A stretch of 51,831 nt of DNA, filler included, from Sphacelaria rigidula (Eukaryota): the NCBI GenBank assembly GCA_964200075.2. It is 4 parts of 4 records of this genome, joined end to end, with 100 filler letters (N's around TTAATTAATTAA, not from the genome) between each part and the next. Parts side by side here need not be neighbours in the genome. Positions count along the whole stretch, not along the records: positions 1 to 12,884 come from CAXNAA020003336.1; 3 more parts are not named here. One strand, written 5' to 3'. The notes beneath the pieces were generated by a model. It was not told the origin of the DNA and ran no database searches. It saw only the letters and a list, made by a program, of their open reading frames with translations. The stretch's first letter is position 1. Each line of letters begins with the position of its first letter. Shown piece after piece: positions 1 to 12,884 of the stretch. Made by a program: the position numbers and the translations under genes.

Positions 1-120
1 GGGGCCAAGGGTGGTAGTAAGAAGGAATCACTCCTTGAAGGTGATTCCGGCCCTACACCCGCCGAAGAGACCCTAACCCTAAGACCCATAATATGGGAGT
101 TGGTATGAACAATGAATAGG

Positions 121-269
121 GCATAATAATAAAAAATCACCAGTGCACACAATTTTGTTTTTTCCATGAGTTGGGGCCATGTTACCGACATCTGAAAACT
201 GATCATTGCCCTGAACTTGAGGAAAAAAACAAAAAAAACTTGTGTGCACTGGTGATTATTTTATTATGC
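121..269. repeat. Short imperfect inverted repeat (hairpin or MITE-like)
   Basis: GCATAATAATAAAAAATCACCAGTGCACACAA at 121 is the near reverse complement of TTGTGTGCACTGGTGATTATTTTATTATGC ending at 269. The inner arms also pair, leaving a loop of about 20 nt. Confidence 0.8.
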
Positions 270-831
270 TTCATTCATCGTCCTCAGGGTATATCATATT
301 TCAGGGTCCAACTCCAAGTATTGGCCTTATGATGGGCCGCTTAGTGACGGGGTCAGAAGAAAATCGGAACAGTATTTCGCACGTCACTTACCGACCCACG
401 TTTGGTGTTCGTGTGTTGAAACTTTGTGTGGGCCGTGGCTAGGGCATAATTGACGAAACGAAGTGGGTCAGGTTGATTTTTTCTTGATTTTTCACTGGTG
501 TAGGGCGTTCTAGTATGGAAACCGCCATTGTTTCACCGAAACGCCCAAACCTCTCCCAAAAACAAAACTGAGGGCCCTTTTTTTCATTCAGAGCGCCTCT
601 GTGGTTTCTTCACACGAGTTTCAAATTACAATACGAAAATTGAGTCAAAATATTGAGATGAGGCCCAGAAGCAGTGTTCATTTCTCGTCTAGACTGCCCC
701 AAAAACCCGGATAGAAAATTAGAAAAAAAACGAAAAAAAAAACACAAAAGCCGTCGATATAAGCTCCATGATGCACTGGTGTTTCTCCATACGAGATTTT
801 GAAGCATCTGAAACATAACTCTCAACACTGA

Positions 832-1293
832 GGCCGCTTTTTATAACAGACAAAAATAAAATCCTGGAAAAGTGTATTTTTGGAGCTTTTACGTTGTTTT
901 ACGCCCCCAGAGGAGAGCTAGGCGAAGTTCGACACCTTGGAATGACTTGCTCTACTAATTGGGGCGATTCCAGGACATCTCCGCGTGTTCCGGTGGCAAC
1001 AGTTTTCATTTTGGCTATACAAGAGTTTTTGTTCAAGAATGGTGAAAAACAGTCAAGTCCAGAAAAAAATGCCACTGTTTTTTACCGTTCCTGCACGAAA
1101 ACTCTTCTTTGGCCAAAATGAAAACTGTGGCCACCGGAAAACGGGAAGATGTCCCGGAACCGTCTCAACGAGTAGAGCAAGTCATTCCAAGGTGTCAAGC
1201 TCCGCCTAGCTCTCTGTTGGGGCGTAAAACGACGTTAAAGCTCCAAAAAGACACTTTTCCAGGTTTTCATTCACGTCTATTACAAGAAGCAGC
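832..1293. mobile_element. About 460-bp foldback palindrome (MITE or foldback-like element)
   Basis: Arms at about 832-1053 and 1074-1293 are reverse complements. For example GACACCTTGGAATGACTTGCTCTACT pairs with AGTAGAGCAAGTCATTCCAAGGTGTC, and CCTGGAAAAGTGT pairs with ACACTTTTCCAGG. Confidence 0.8.
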
Positions 1294-1619
1294 CGGAGAC
1301 GCAATATCCAGGTGTACCTGATCTAAACTCATGTGCGCCAACGAAATTCATCGGCATCCGCTGAATGCATCGATCGGGGGTTTGATATAGATTAGGGTAT
1401 GGACGCTAACTCCCCCCGGTATAGGAATTACTCGACATGGAGTTTGATCAACGAGAAAATGTGGGCACAAAATCTTGAGCAGATGGGCACCTTTCCCTTG
1501 GTTAGACGATTCATATAATATGCGGATCATGGCCCAACTCGTCCATGTCGACGAGATATTGCTTTGAGAGCTAAAATCCGTGTCTAGGCTCGCCCAGCTC
1601 GTAAGAACACTTGATATTT

Positions 1620-1725
1620 TGGACATTTTATACCCTCCCGATACCGGTCCACTCAGGTATTCTCAAATGTCATACCTGCGACACCCATGATACCACGGTA
1701 TGTCGAGATGTCAAAACCTACCGTA
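1620..1725 (-). repeat. Dispersed repeat, inverted homolog of the unit at about 11326-11430
   Basis: The reverse complement TACGGTAGGTTTTGACATCTCGAC...GGACCGGTATCGGGAGGGTATAAAATGTCC aligns with TACGGTAGGTAGTGACACATCGAAC...GGACCGGTATCGGTAGGGTATGACATGTCC. Confidence 0.7.
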
Positions 1726-2399
1726 TCCGCTCACTACAATGAACGAAAAATGCAGTCACAGCTCGTTGTATTTACTGTTTTTACTATATACTGGTACGTA
1801 TACATTTCACGGACAACGATACGGTTGTACTCTGTACTGCAGCCACTGCAGCCAATCGAGCTTCAGGCTTTGCATTGGAGGTAAGCACTACCGCAGGTAG
1901 GTCATGTCATGTACACTGTAGTGTATCAATCATCGTACAATGCCTGCGGTGCTGTACTGTTCAAGAATACATACTGTTGTACCGAATTATCTTGGGGGAG
2001 GGGGGGGGTAAAGAGGGGTGGGGCATCTTTGCAATGAGAGGTTGATGGGTCTGGGACCAGTGTCTTAATTCTCAAGGCTGCAGTATCGATGACAGATCTC
2101 TTGTACGCCAAGCCTATTGCATCTTTCAATCTCTTATCCTTATTTTCGATCCGGTCTGAGCAAAAATTGTTATCATCTATTTCTTAGAATCTGAACAATT
2201 GCGCTTCTGTTTCTCATGGGTGATTTTCAAAGTGCTGTCGCCACCTAAAGCCCACAAATTCTAGGTCAAGTACCAACAGGAAAGGGACATGGCGAAACCG
2301 ACGAAGATAAGGAAGGAAAGACCAGCCTAGCGAGCCGCTAAAGCTCAGGCTCACGCCCGTCGCACGCACCACCGTAAGGGCGAAGTCTCGATCAAAAGA

Positions 2400-3380
2400 G
2401 CTGCTGGTGGCCACTTCGAATGTACGCACCATGGCCGAGAGAGATTCCAACGGCACAGGCCTCACCGGAGACCTGCTGCTTCTTGCATCCGAGTACAACT
2501 TTGATTTCGTCGCCCTCCGAGGATCCCGGCGCGATGGACACAACTTTCCACGCACCGGCAGAAGGGTACATCGTTCACTGCACTGACCACTGCCATGGAG
2601 ACGGGGGTAAACCGGGAATGCTCGGGGTCGGCCTCGCCATCAAGGAGTATTGTCAACACGCTGGGCCCAGAAGCCATCGCCCCCGAACACGTGAGTGCCG
2701 GGATCCTCGAAGTACGAGTCGCTTCCAGGCACAGAGTTGCAACAACCTCAATCGGAATGTATGCTCCTACTGAGAAGTTGTGGAAAACCATTAGTAGATA
2801 CGTCGCTGAAGTGCCCACCAACGGGCACCTAGTACTCATGATAGATGCCAATGCTCGTACGGAAAAAAGAGAAGGGCGAGGCATGGATGACGTTTGGGTA
2901 TTGGGGGAATATGGCAAAGACACCCGGAATATAAGGCAAGACCGCTACTGAAATGCGCTGCGGCACACGAAATGGCCATCACCGTCACATTTTTTCGCAT
3001 ACCAACGAGCAGGGAAAGCTAAACCGCACACACATACGCGGGGCCGGAGGTCTAACACCGCTTGCGCCCGGATTACATCCTAGGACGTCCGCAAGACCGC
3101 AGACTCGTCCGAACTGTCATTGCGCACCCCGAGATGCAGTCGGATCATCGTTCGGTCTCAGCCACCAACCGTCTCCTCGGACGAAACGCTCCCAACCACC
3201 GACCGAAACCGAGAGGCGGATGGGGGAGTGCGTTTCCATCCCAACGCTCTCGCATCCGACCGACGCTGGAGAGCAACTGTTTCACAGACCGTTGTCGCCG
3301 AGCTTCCCAATGCCACCAATTACCCCGCAGTGAGGGACATAACGACATGGCATCGACCTTCACCACCTCAGATTCAGGGT
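2400..3380 (+). pseudogene. Degenerate non-LTR retrotransposon (LINE, RTE-like) AP endonuclease domain
   Basis: Frameshifted pieces carry EEP/APE motifs in order: LLVATSNVRTM, DFVAL..SRRDG, GVGLAIKE, YAPT, LMIDANART, VLGEYG, DYIL and SDH. Confidence 0.8.
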
Positions 3381-3829
3381 GGCCTCGCCAAAGCTTCAAC
3401 TTCAACAAAAAAAATCAGGTTTTGTGCATTTGGGGTGTCGTGGAGTTCTTCACTTGTGGATTAACAGTCCTTCAAGTCTGCCCCAGAAAAAAGACGGGAC
3501 TCCTTCTCCAAGCTCTTACCGCTCGCGACTCCTTTCGTTTCGGAATCATGGACTCAAGCCCTCCACACATGCTTTAGTGACCACAGCACAAGGAACCACG
3601 ATGCATCACCTCTTCGTATTGCTCCTTGGAGCACATTTGATCCACGACTCAGAGATTAATCCGCACTTGCAGTCATTTTTCGGATTTTCAAACGTCAACT
3701 CGGAAGAAAATCGAAAGCATGCAGCACGGCCTTCCGTGTCATGGGTGTACCACGACATAACTCGAAACTTTCGAAACCACGTGTGGGCAACAGCTGTTCA
3801 AACTATTTCCATCAATTTCTTCCATGTAA

Positions 3830-4100
3830 GTTATGTCGGACGAATCAATGATTCGTTTGGAAATTACTTGGTTTTAGTGTCATTGATTCGAATCGTACGC
3901 ATCAATCCTTAAACTTTGTTTTCAGCGTTGCAACCCAGATACACGCAACCCAGACACGTGGAATGGCGCAAAAGTTGCGTGGGTACCCCTTGGACCAGCC
4001 GTCAACGTTTCTTTTCCTTTTGAGCAATCAAGCTGAAGCAATCGTGGATTTGGTGATTCGAACCCGCGATGATAAGGTTGGGGTCAGGAATGACGCCAAG
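3830..4100. repeat. Dispersed repeat, copy 1 (homolog at about 31225-31492)
   Basis: The two copies share colinear blocks ATCAATCCTTA..TTTTCAGCGTTGCA..CACGTG.AATGGCGCAAAA and AATCGTGGATT.GGT.ATTCGAACC.GCGATGA. Confidence 0.75.
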
Positions 4101-7100
4101 ATTACAGGAATCCCCCAGGGTACATACCTGCCTGCTGTTTGTATCTATTTCGCGATTACTCGGGTAAAGGAGATAAGAAAATGATCATTTAAGGTCTGGT
4201 CTCAATCCCATTATAGACGCGAGAGCCGCCGTGCATGATGCGACATATATGTCTAGCTTCATGTAATGTGCAGGCTCCGATGCGTGCACACCCTGCGCAG
4301 TACTGGCGGGAGGAGAACTATATTTTCGGTGCAGAAACGAGGTGGAGCAGTGGCATTTCGGGGCAAACTTCATGATGCGTTACTCCGATTAATTGAAACA
4401 GCAGCCCCCCGCTAGAATAAGCCGAGGGCGAGGTGTTAGTGTCGTTCTCAAGGCTGAGTGACTGTGGTGTACGTCATACTTCATCCGAGCTAGTCAGGAG
4501 AAGCAAGAAGCCGTGCCGATTTTCCTGCCACCACCACCCCGAAATACTTCAGCGCGCTTCCCGGCGGATCAATGATCCCTTCGTTTTGTTTCGCGTCAAG
4601 AAATGAACCATGACCTCTGGGCCATGGACTCACATCACGTGTCCACAATTTCATTGCTCGAGCGAAAGCGTGTAGTTTGTCGATTTTGCTCTCACGTGTC
4701 GATAGGCATCTTGTTCACACGATCTTACTGTTTGCGAACCTACATTACAGGAAATTCCAGACGAGGACGCTCGCGGCAATCCCCGAAAAAGTACCTCCAT
4801 TATCGACAGCAGCTACACCCCCGCGACCAAGGTTGTGCTTTCTTACTGGCACAAAAACAGAGCACGGGTAGCGTCACGGTCGTGACCTCGCTCATCGACC
4901 CTGCACTTCTGATGATCGAAGGACGTCCAAGGCTGCAACTTGCGTGTTGTATCGGGGAACAAGAGCGACGGCAGGGGACACGTGTCTAATAACAGGCATC
5001 TTCCCTCGTCCATGAGTCGGCTACAGTTTGCTTCATGTCACGGAAAACATTATCTTGGGTTTGCCCAGCATACAACCAGCGCTGAGCCAAGCACTTGCAC
5101 ATGTTTTGTTCCATGAACTAGATGCCCGGCAGGGTAGCCGAGCTTGGCAAAATTATATTGAAACTCTGGCTTTACATTGCGATAAACCGTCCCTGCCGCT
5201 GCGAAACACGATTAGTTTTGGCTTCATCCCACAGCTCACACGAAGGCAAACAATCAATGTACAAACGAGACTAACGTTGAAAACCAAGCGCGGCAACTGC
5301 ATACATGCGTTTGGCATTATTCAACAGTATCTAGATGTCGCAGTGGCGACCAAAACTCACGGTTGCGTCACGCTTCCGCGACACCGCCACACACTCATGC
5401 ACACTTCAGCAGATGTTTGCACCCAATAACTGGTATTACAGTACAATGCATGACAGCTGCTGGGCCGTCAGTAGGTTCCAACATTCAACGGGATTTTTTT
5501 CGACCACCTACGTCAAGGTTGTCCTCTGACACCACGACAGGTGTGATTCGGGGTTTGCGGGGAACTTGGAACAAGGGCGGAAATTTCCCGATAGCGTACA
5601 GGGTGGAAGGCACGTGGGCATAGCTTAACCCTTTTGGGACTGGGCTTCCAGAACGATCAACGAGGCTGGTTAGGAATGACGTGTCCTGCATATGCATATA
5701 ACAGGGGCTTCATGTCGCTGAAAATCAACGAATGTATGTAACGGCAGGTTTAAATGAAGATCGAAAGTTTTATTTAACCTATTTTCAGGTACAGACTGCC
5801 TTCGGGTTTAGGGTTAAATTCGGGAGTCCGAGCCCCGAGAACGTAGGCTTTCTTTCGCTTAGAAGGCCTTTCTGTGGGCCAAGGACAGGGTATATCATCT
5901 TTGCAGTGGCATCACTCCCGGCAGCAGCCCCCACCCCTCCCACTGGTCGTTGTGATGTGATCGATGAATTTTGCCTCGCCCTGATTGGATAGGTCGCTCC
6001 CAGACTTGTTTATTATTATTTGACGAACACGTCGTGAACGTGGTGTTAGTGATTTTCAGCCCCAAAAGGGTTAAAGTCGGCAAAACGGAGTGTGAATCAA
6101 GGAGAAAGTTGCAGACCCTGTACAACTATCCGTGACAAGTATTACACTAGAATTTCGATCAACTTGGCAACTAGGGACAAAAATACACATCAGTAGTACC
6201 ACCGCGGGCCATAGCTACGGGGGCAAATTGGGCGCCATCTCACGCGCTGCTGCGCGCAGTACACCGGGAGCCAGGTGGGTTTACCCGCTGTTTAGTTGTC
6301 TATATGGTTGCAACTATCTAGATTGACCGGCACACCATCAGCAAGTGAAGCTTCAGTGTCAATAATAAATGTACAGGGTGTGAAAAATGTATTTACTCCA
6401 TAGGAGGGCTGTTTCACGCTGAACTTGACTCAGCGATTTCATGTTAAATCAACAGAACTGTTCCACGCAAATTCTTCCGAGACTACGAGCTTCGACTGCT
6501 TCTTTGCTGTTGTCGCTTTTGGCGGCACGGTGATGAACGCTGTGTCGAGAAGACCTCATCATCCTTTCCGAGGACGGACATGGGGGCCTCCGCAGTTGGA
6601 GAATTAAACGTCAGCTGGATATTTTCATGAAAGGTTGCCACAGAGAATTCGTACTGCCATCATATGATCTGGACGCAGCTGGACCTTCATATCGTTCGCG
6701 TTAGAGTCATCATCGGGTTTGGACTTTGCGACCCTTCCGGCGCTCATGGCTCAGTCGGCCGCTTTGATTTTTTTCCTTGCCAGGGGTTTGGAATATTCCT
6801 TGCTGGTCCACACCAACGCATATCCGTGAATGAGAGGGTCGGCACTACATGGTGCTACATGAGAAGCCATCATGCCAACACTTACTGTATTAGCTTGGTA
6901 CGGTACATCCGACTTGTGACAAGTGACTAAAGCATAAACTCCCCTTTCTATGCCGAATACGGATTCATCCAAGCCTAGGAGCATCTGTTACGTCGACAGT
7001 TCATCATTTTCGAAGCGCGGGCAAAGTGACAACCTTTCGACCATACACGACCCATATTTATCTCGACTCGGCCAAGATTTCGTTTTGAATAGGGGCATGT

Positions 7101-9250
7101 CGAACACTGTGCTGCTTTCGTTGTCACTTCATCCACCATAATAGCCTGCCGTTGGGTGGCAAAGTTGAAAAAAAAACTATGGCCAGTGTCTGGCGGGCAC
7201 TGTTCCATCGCAAACGAAATTGTAGGGAAGAGGTCATGCATTGCCGTCCTGGACTACGAAGCTTTCAATAGTTGATTGTGTAGGGGGCACCCAGTCCCGA
7301 CTCGCACGATATTATAGAGACGAACACAACAATACAGTAGCTTAGGCATTCTCAGTGGGAAGCAAACCGTCTTCGCAAGGTCGAAAAAACACCACGGAAC
7401 AGTGGTAGCTACCGCACATGAGAGCGGATGTGATAGTGTTTGTGCTGTAGTAAGCGAAAAAGGATACGTCCCATTCTTTAGTTCTTCGCCTGATTGCAAA
7501 CGGGTCCTTAGCGTGTGCACGGTGCCGATGTGGAACACTCCGCGATAATCGAGCTTCCCGCAAAGCATTCATTTCACGAAGAAACATCTCCATGTATGGG
7601 CCTGTGCCCAGATTCGGTAAGTCTCTTGCTGACTGCTGATGTTCCGATCCGAATGTCTCGAGGAGATTCTTCATAAAAATTGCTCTGACAGGTCACGTTC
7701 TATGAGAACTCCCTGGAAAACGACCAAAACGCACAGCACTACCAGGAGTGTCGCAGCAACGGACAGCGCCTTGTTGGTTACAAGGAAGACCTAACAGCCA
7801 ACACACAACGTGCAGATTTCTCCTGTCTCGAAGTGTACTGCACGCAGTTCGCGCTACAAGTGCTGCGCACGTCGCAATACGCAACAGAATCCATACTATG
7901 CACGGTAAATCTTCAATCGTATGCTGACTGTATAAAAACTCTTGTGCCGGGTGTAGTATATTTCCACATTTGTTGGGCGGTCAGGTGGTGAAATAATCGA
8001 CAGCACATAGCCGGAGTGAAAGTGGAGCAACGACGGGAATATTGACGTGCGAAGCCTGTGCAAGCTGAAAACAGTAGGATAACAGTGCAACAACCACTCC
8101 GCTTTATGGCGGTCCCGGTGGTGGTGGGACTGTCTGCACGGGCATGTCGTCCCTCATGCCAGGTACGCCAGGAGGGGTTGTGGCACAACCAACTGGTTGC
8201 GCGACAGGAGCTCAAGATTCGACTGTCGAGCTTTTTGGGTCGTGAACGCTCAGCTCTCGACCGTCACAGATAAAAGAGACTATGAATGATGCTCCTGTGC
8301 TGGGTTTCTCTCAGCGTTCATCCATAACTGGGCGAAGATTGATTATGAGGCCTAGAGCATTCGTCGCGGCCTGCGTGCTCATTGACATTGTACCCCCATA
8401 ATCGTCGATAGACAGCAGAGGGTTGATAAACCCAATTCCCGGCGTCGGTACCCCTCTTCAATATTAGCCTTTACATTCTCCAAGTTCCGGCGTCATCTGA
8501 AGCGAGATGCGGACTCTCTTCACGCCCAAGCTTCCGAAACACCGCCTCCAAAATATCGAAAAAGAATAACTCTGAACATAACAGCCCATGCAATCCAAGC
8601 CGTTCTTGCAACGAGTGAACACACCACAGCACAGACAATGAGAGCTCCGACACATGAGGGAGGGCTTGAGGGTCTTTTTGCTGCGGTACAGCAGTGAAAC
8701 AGGACATGTCCAGTGTTTTCACAACGCGATATGATACGGTCATTTTTCACGAACAAGTCTCGAAAACCGACAGCCACTTCCAGACAGCGAAATTTCTCCG
8801 AATTTCTTCGAGAAAGCCGTCAGTTGAAAAGTGACCTTCCATCACACACCCGTCGCATACCGCACCCGCGATGGTACCATCAGTGATTGAGCACACACTC
8901 CTTGCATACAAGTGTATTACAGTCAGTGCAAAAGTAGCCATGCAGGTACCTCAGTACCGTTATCAGTAGCATAGCTACTGCAGCACTCCGTGCATCCTCT
9001 ACATGATCGTAGGACCAGGGACATTACAACCTCAACCTTTTGAGTATAGCACTTTTTCGCCGGCAGCGCTACTACTATGGAAAAGCACAGTATCGCCCGG
9101 GCCGGCTATATCAACTACTCGTATTGTTCCATGCTACTGGCGCACGCCACCGATTACCAACTTCTTGTTGCATTTTGTGTACCAAGACTTTCATCATCTT
9201 TCGCTTGTCGCACCTCAAACACCTCCCCTTCCTCGGGACGAGTCCGTGGT

Positions 9251-9251
<1 letters not shown>

Positions 9252-9295
<44 letters not shown>

Positions 9296-9548
9296 GTCTG
9301 AAGGGATCAACTCGTCTCTTCTGGTACACGCCATGCATTTGGATATAGCAGATTGAGTCATTACTATCAGCACTCCCGCACCGCGTCAACTCACGTCAAC
9401 AAACTCAGTCGACTACTCGTTCAATCACGTTTTCACGCTCCACACGGCGGAAATCAGATTTCACCTGGAAAAGACCCGACGCATCGAAAATCGAACCGTC
9501 GTTCTCTCCACCCCAACGGTGACAGTCGAACCACTACACCACCGGGGC
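9252..9548 (-). mobile_element. tRNA-derived SINE (family 2) with (GTA)n tail
   Basis: The minus strand begins GCCCCGGTGGTGTAGTGG (A box TGGTGTAGTGG), has B box GGTTCGATT about 33 nt later, and ends in the repeat that reads (TAC)n on the + strand at 9252-9295. Confidence 0.65.
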
Positions 9549-9821
9549 GCGGCAGCAGAGCTCGGGTTAGGGTTGGGGTCAAGATTGTTGCTCTCACTTG
9601 ACTTTGTGCGATACAGAACGAACCGTACTGCTGTAAACTGCCCCGCTTTTGACACTACATATTGTACCAAGCGGCGGTCGGCTGAAGAAAGGTTGATACG
9701 CCTGTCGGTTCGATCCCCACTATACCAGTAGCTACTGGGTGTGCGCGCGTGTGTGCGTTTCGTGTCGACATACCATACTTTAATGTCCTGTATGTGGGCG
9801 AGATCATGCGCAGTTCACCGG

Positions 9822-10601
9822 AGGGGCCCCACATCGGGAAATAACGGCACCAACCCCCCCCCCCCGCGCGCGTGCGCGGTCGAGAATGCGTAAATGACCG
9901 ACTCAACTTGGGAAAAACCACCTTCCTGTTTTTTCACCAGTGCACGGAATGAGTCATTATTTCCATCACGCAGGGTTTGCCTCGACGTCAACAGCCCCAA
10001 ACCGACAAGTTTTGGTGTATCAGTTGTTTTTGTGGTCATCGTGAAGCAAATTTGCCGGCTGGACAACGACTTTTGAGTCCCGGTGATGGCTAGATAATGA
10101 GTGTTCATATATGCTGGCTTTGGCATGACCGGTGGTTACTGACGTGGTACCACCACAGTGCTACGGATGCTATGCAGGGGAGGGTGGTGTACGACGAGTA
10201 GTTCTGTGTTGCTATCGAGTGACTGAAATGTAAATGCTCTAACTCGACTGTGCGGTGTTACTAGCCTGCATGAAAATGTTACGATATTACAGATATGTAC
10301 GATGTATGAATTACACATGATCACGTATTTCCCTCGCGTTTGGGCAGACAGCTGGGTTCATACAACGCATGTATTCATCTACTAGCAGCATCATACTACA
10401 CTGCGACACGGAACGGAGAAATGTTGTGGACTTCGTGTACCGGCTACACGTGCAGTGCAGTACATCAACTCTTATCGCCATCACCCAGCGAACAGGGGCG
10501 TACCCCACATGAAATCGGGTTTCCCCCCTCCTCCTGACCCGACATGAGGTGTTTGAGGCCTGGAGGGGGGTTGGTTGCGTTGTTTCCCGATGTGGGGCCC
10601 A
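9822..10601. repeat. Putative non-autonomous element with terminal inverted repeats; right part homologous to about 26040-26470
   Basis: GGGGCCCCACATCGGGAAA (about 9824) is inverted relative to TTTCCCGATGTGGGGCCCC (about 10583-10600). The 10349-10600 segment aligns with 26077-26466 (GTTCATACAACGC, TATCGCCATCA.CCAGCGA.CAGGG, CATGAAATCGGG). Confidence 0.55.
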
Positions 10602-11185
10602 TCGATTTACCGCAGGTGATACAAGCACAACATGCAAATGATGACCACTGCCACCATCTGCACGCATGCTAATTTAGATTATGGCCCGGGGTGTACTCAT
10701 CAGTGTGGAAAATCGGATATCGATACTGAATACGTTTCCGATTAATATCGATCGAAACGGTGTATCGGTATCGCCGGTGTCCAAGCCGATATTTGCCCAT
10801 ACGTATCAATATCAATATCAATATTGAATCTTGACATCGTCGATATATTCATGAACTTATTCAACAAGGGGGTGGTAGACAACATGTCGTTCCTCTTTTT
10901 TCGCAGGCCTCCGCCCACCACCCACTATCCCCACTGCCCACCACACTCCACACACTCCATACACGACACACACGAAACACACACGCATCATCCACGCACT
11001 GCACAACCATTTGCTGCGAACCAAACCGGTCTACGACATGAACTGCCTTCAGGCTTTCGGCTTCGTAAAAGGAGGTATCGCGGAGTCTGCGCTCGACGTT
11101 TCTGCCGAAATGTATCTGTGTCTGCTACGGTGGCTGCTGCTGCACCAGCGGCCGCCACAGTGCCCTCAAGGAAAAGTGGAGAGAG

Positions 11186-11430
11186 CGGTATCGTGGGTAT
11201 TGTAGCGATGACACTTGAAAATACTGGATTGGGCGAGTACGGTAGGTGGGTTATTGAAAGCTTCATTTACCGTGGTATCGTGGGCATCGTACGCATGGCA
11301 TTCGCAAATACCCCATCGAGGGGGTACGGTAGGTAGTGACACATCGAACCACCATGGTATCTTGGATATCTCAGGTTGTGACATTTCAAATACCCGATTG
11401 GACCGGTATCGGTAGGGTATGACATGTCCC
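11186..11430 (+). repeat. Degenerate tandem repeat, about 3 units of about 83 bp
   Basis: Three units, each reading GGTATC.TGG...AAATAC...GTA(T)CGGTAGG. Confidence 0.6.
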
Positions 11431-12003
11431 GGGCGCGGGTACCGGGTACCTACCTTACCTACTACAGTGCCTGTGCATCTATCGCGCAGCTTCGAGGTTG
11501 GCGCGATTGTTTTTGAATCATGAGTACGTTCGCAGTGCGCAGTGCGGAGGGTGGACGTGAATGCTCAAATTCGATCGGAACATGACGGAATAGTGGCCAC
11601 GATATATACTTCGATGTATCACCGGCTTGAACAGACATGTCACGCTTCACTCCTGGCGTTGTGATGAACCACGAGTACCTCTTTTGTTTCTTGCCTCTTG
11701 CACGATGAAGAATCACTGTTGTTAAACCGAAGCATCACGCCGCGTGTCGTGCCGCCAGTTTTATGATATGAGATAATAAAGCACACAATTGTGCTGCTGC
11801 ATCCTCGTACAATCAGGAGTGCACCCACTGCGGAATACGTTGCTTGTATGTCAGTGTAGTACCGTGTAATCTTGCGAGCTGCGCCCCTTTCGAAACAGCC
11901 GTATCGTATCGTATCGAGTATGAGTACCTAGTATCAATACATATAGGGTCATTTTCCGCGTGATGTATCGGAAAAAAATCGATATCGACATCTTCACGTC
12001 GAG

Positions 12004-12006
<3 letters not shown>

Positions 12007-12056
<50 letters not shown>

Positions 12057-12386
12057 GTCGCTCCTACTCTGGACGCCGGTCTGTACCTTTCGGTATATGT
12101 GGGTGCATCAGCCGGGGTCAGCAGAGAGGTCAACACGGGAGCTTTTTTTTCCCCAAGGACCCACCTTCCTTGTGCGGTGCTCGCCTTTATTTTTCATCGC
12201 GAGAGGGGTTCAGCAGCCCCTTTTCCTCGTCGACTGTTGAGTCGAATTTTGTGTACCCACGACAAAGTCGCTCTCCACTACTGTTGGACATTATGTAAGA
12301 AAAATCGCAGATCGCTCCGAGATTTGAACCCACGACCCAACCAGCAGAAGGTTTTGAGGTCACCAACTGAGCCACTGGGGCGACCG
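12007..12386 (-). mobile_element. Full-length tRNA-derived SINE (family 1) with (CA)n tail and target-site duplication
   Basis: The minus-strand head carries A box TGGCTCAGTTGG and B box GGTTCAAATC. The tail reads (TG)n at 12007-12054. The direct repeat GTCGAGTAG flanks it at 11998-12006 and 12387-12395. Confidence 0.85.
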
Positions 12387-12395
12387 GTCGAGTAG

Positions 12396-12797
12396 AGTTC
12401 ACTCAATACTCAGTTTTGTCCAAGAGCCATACTGTCAGTACTCAAACTTTTAGTGGAGTATTTGAGGCCGTTCTCAACCTGCTCAAAATTTGAGTTGGGT
12501 ATTCAGTTCATACCCAAGTGATTCTCTTTACTCAAGTATTTCTGAGAGTGCTTACTCGATATTGGAGGAGAGCAGTGGAGGTCGTTCTCAGTCTACAAAA
12601 AATTGAGTCGAGTACTCGAGGACGTACTCAACGTACTCAAACATTGAGTAGAGTATTGAGGCGGTACTCGACCTGCTGAAAAATGAGTAAAATATTCAAG
12701 GCCGTTCTCGACCTACTCAAAATTTGAGCACAGACAGTAGATGCTCAGGTATTTTACTCGAGTACTCAAAAGTACATACTGTACTGTACTCCACTCA
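12396..12797. repeat. Degenerate array with 40-41 bp period around the palindromic core CTCAAAATTTGAG
   Basis: Cores lie at about 12441, 12482, 12593, 12636, 12676 and 12716, with GAGGCCGTTCTC.ACC linkers. Confidence 0.65.
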
Positions 12798-12884
12798 AGG
12801 GCCTGACAGACTGGGAAACGGTTTTTTCCCCCCCGCCCCGGTCCCGCACCCGCACCCCGGGCGCGACCCCTGCGGACCCGGGTG

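Noticed and set aside
71..82. Telomere-like CCCTAA/TTAGGG runs (also about 5805 and 9565)
   Set aside because: Only one or two units occur at each site, so this is not a telomeric array.
7120..7150. IMVDE as a Helitron PIF1 Walker B motif
   Set aside because: No Walker A, FGG or GDxxQLPPV motif could be found in register.
12310..12386. Functional tRNA gene (also the head at 9480-9548)
   Set aside because: A and B boxes are present, but there is no complete cloverleaf or acceptor stem, and each is fused to a repeat body with a microsatellite tail. These are SINE heads.
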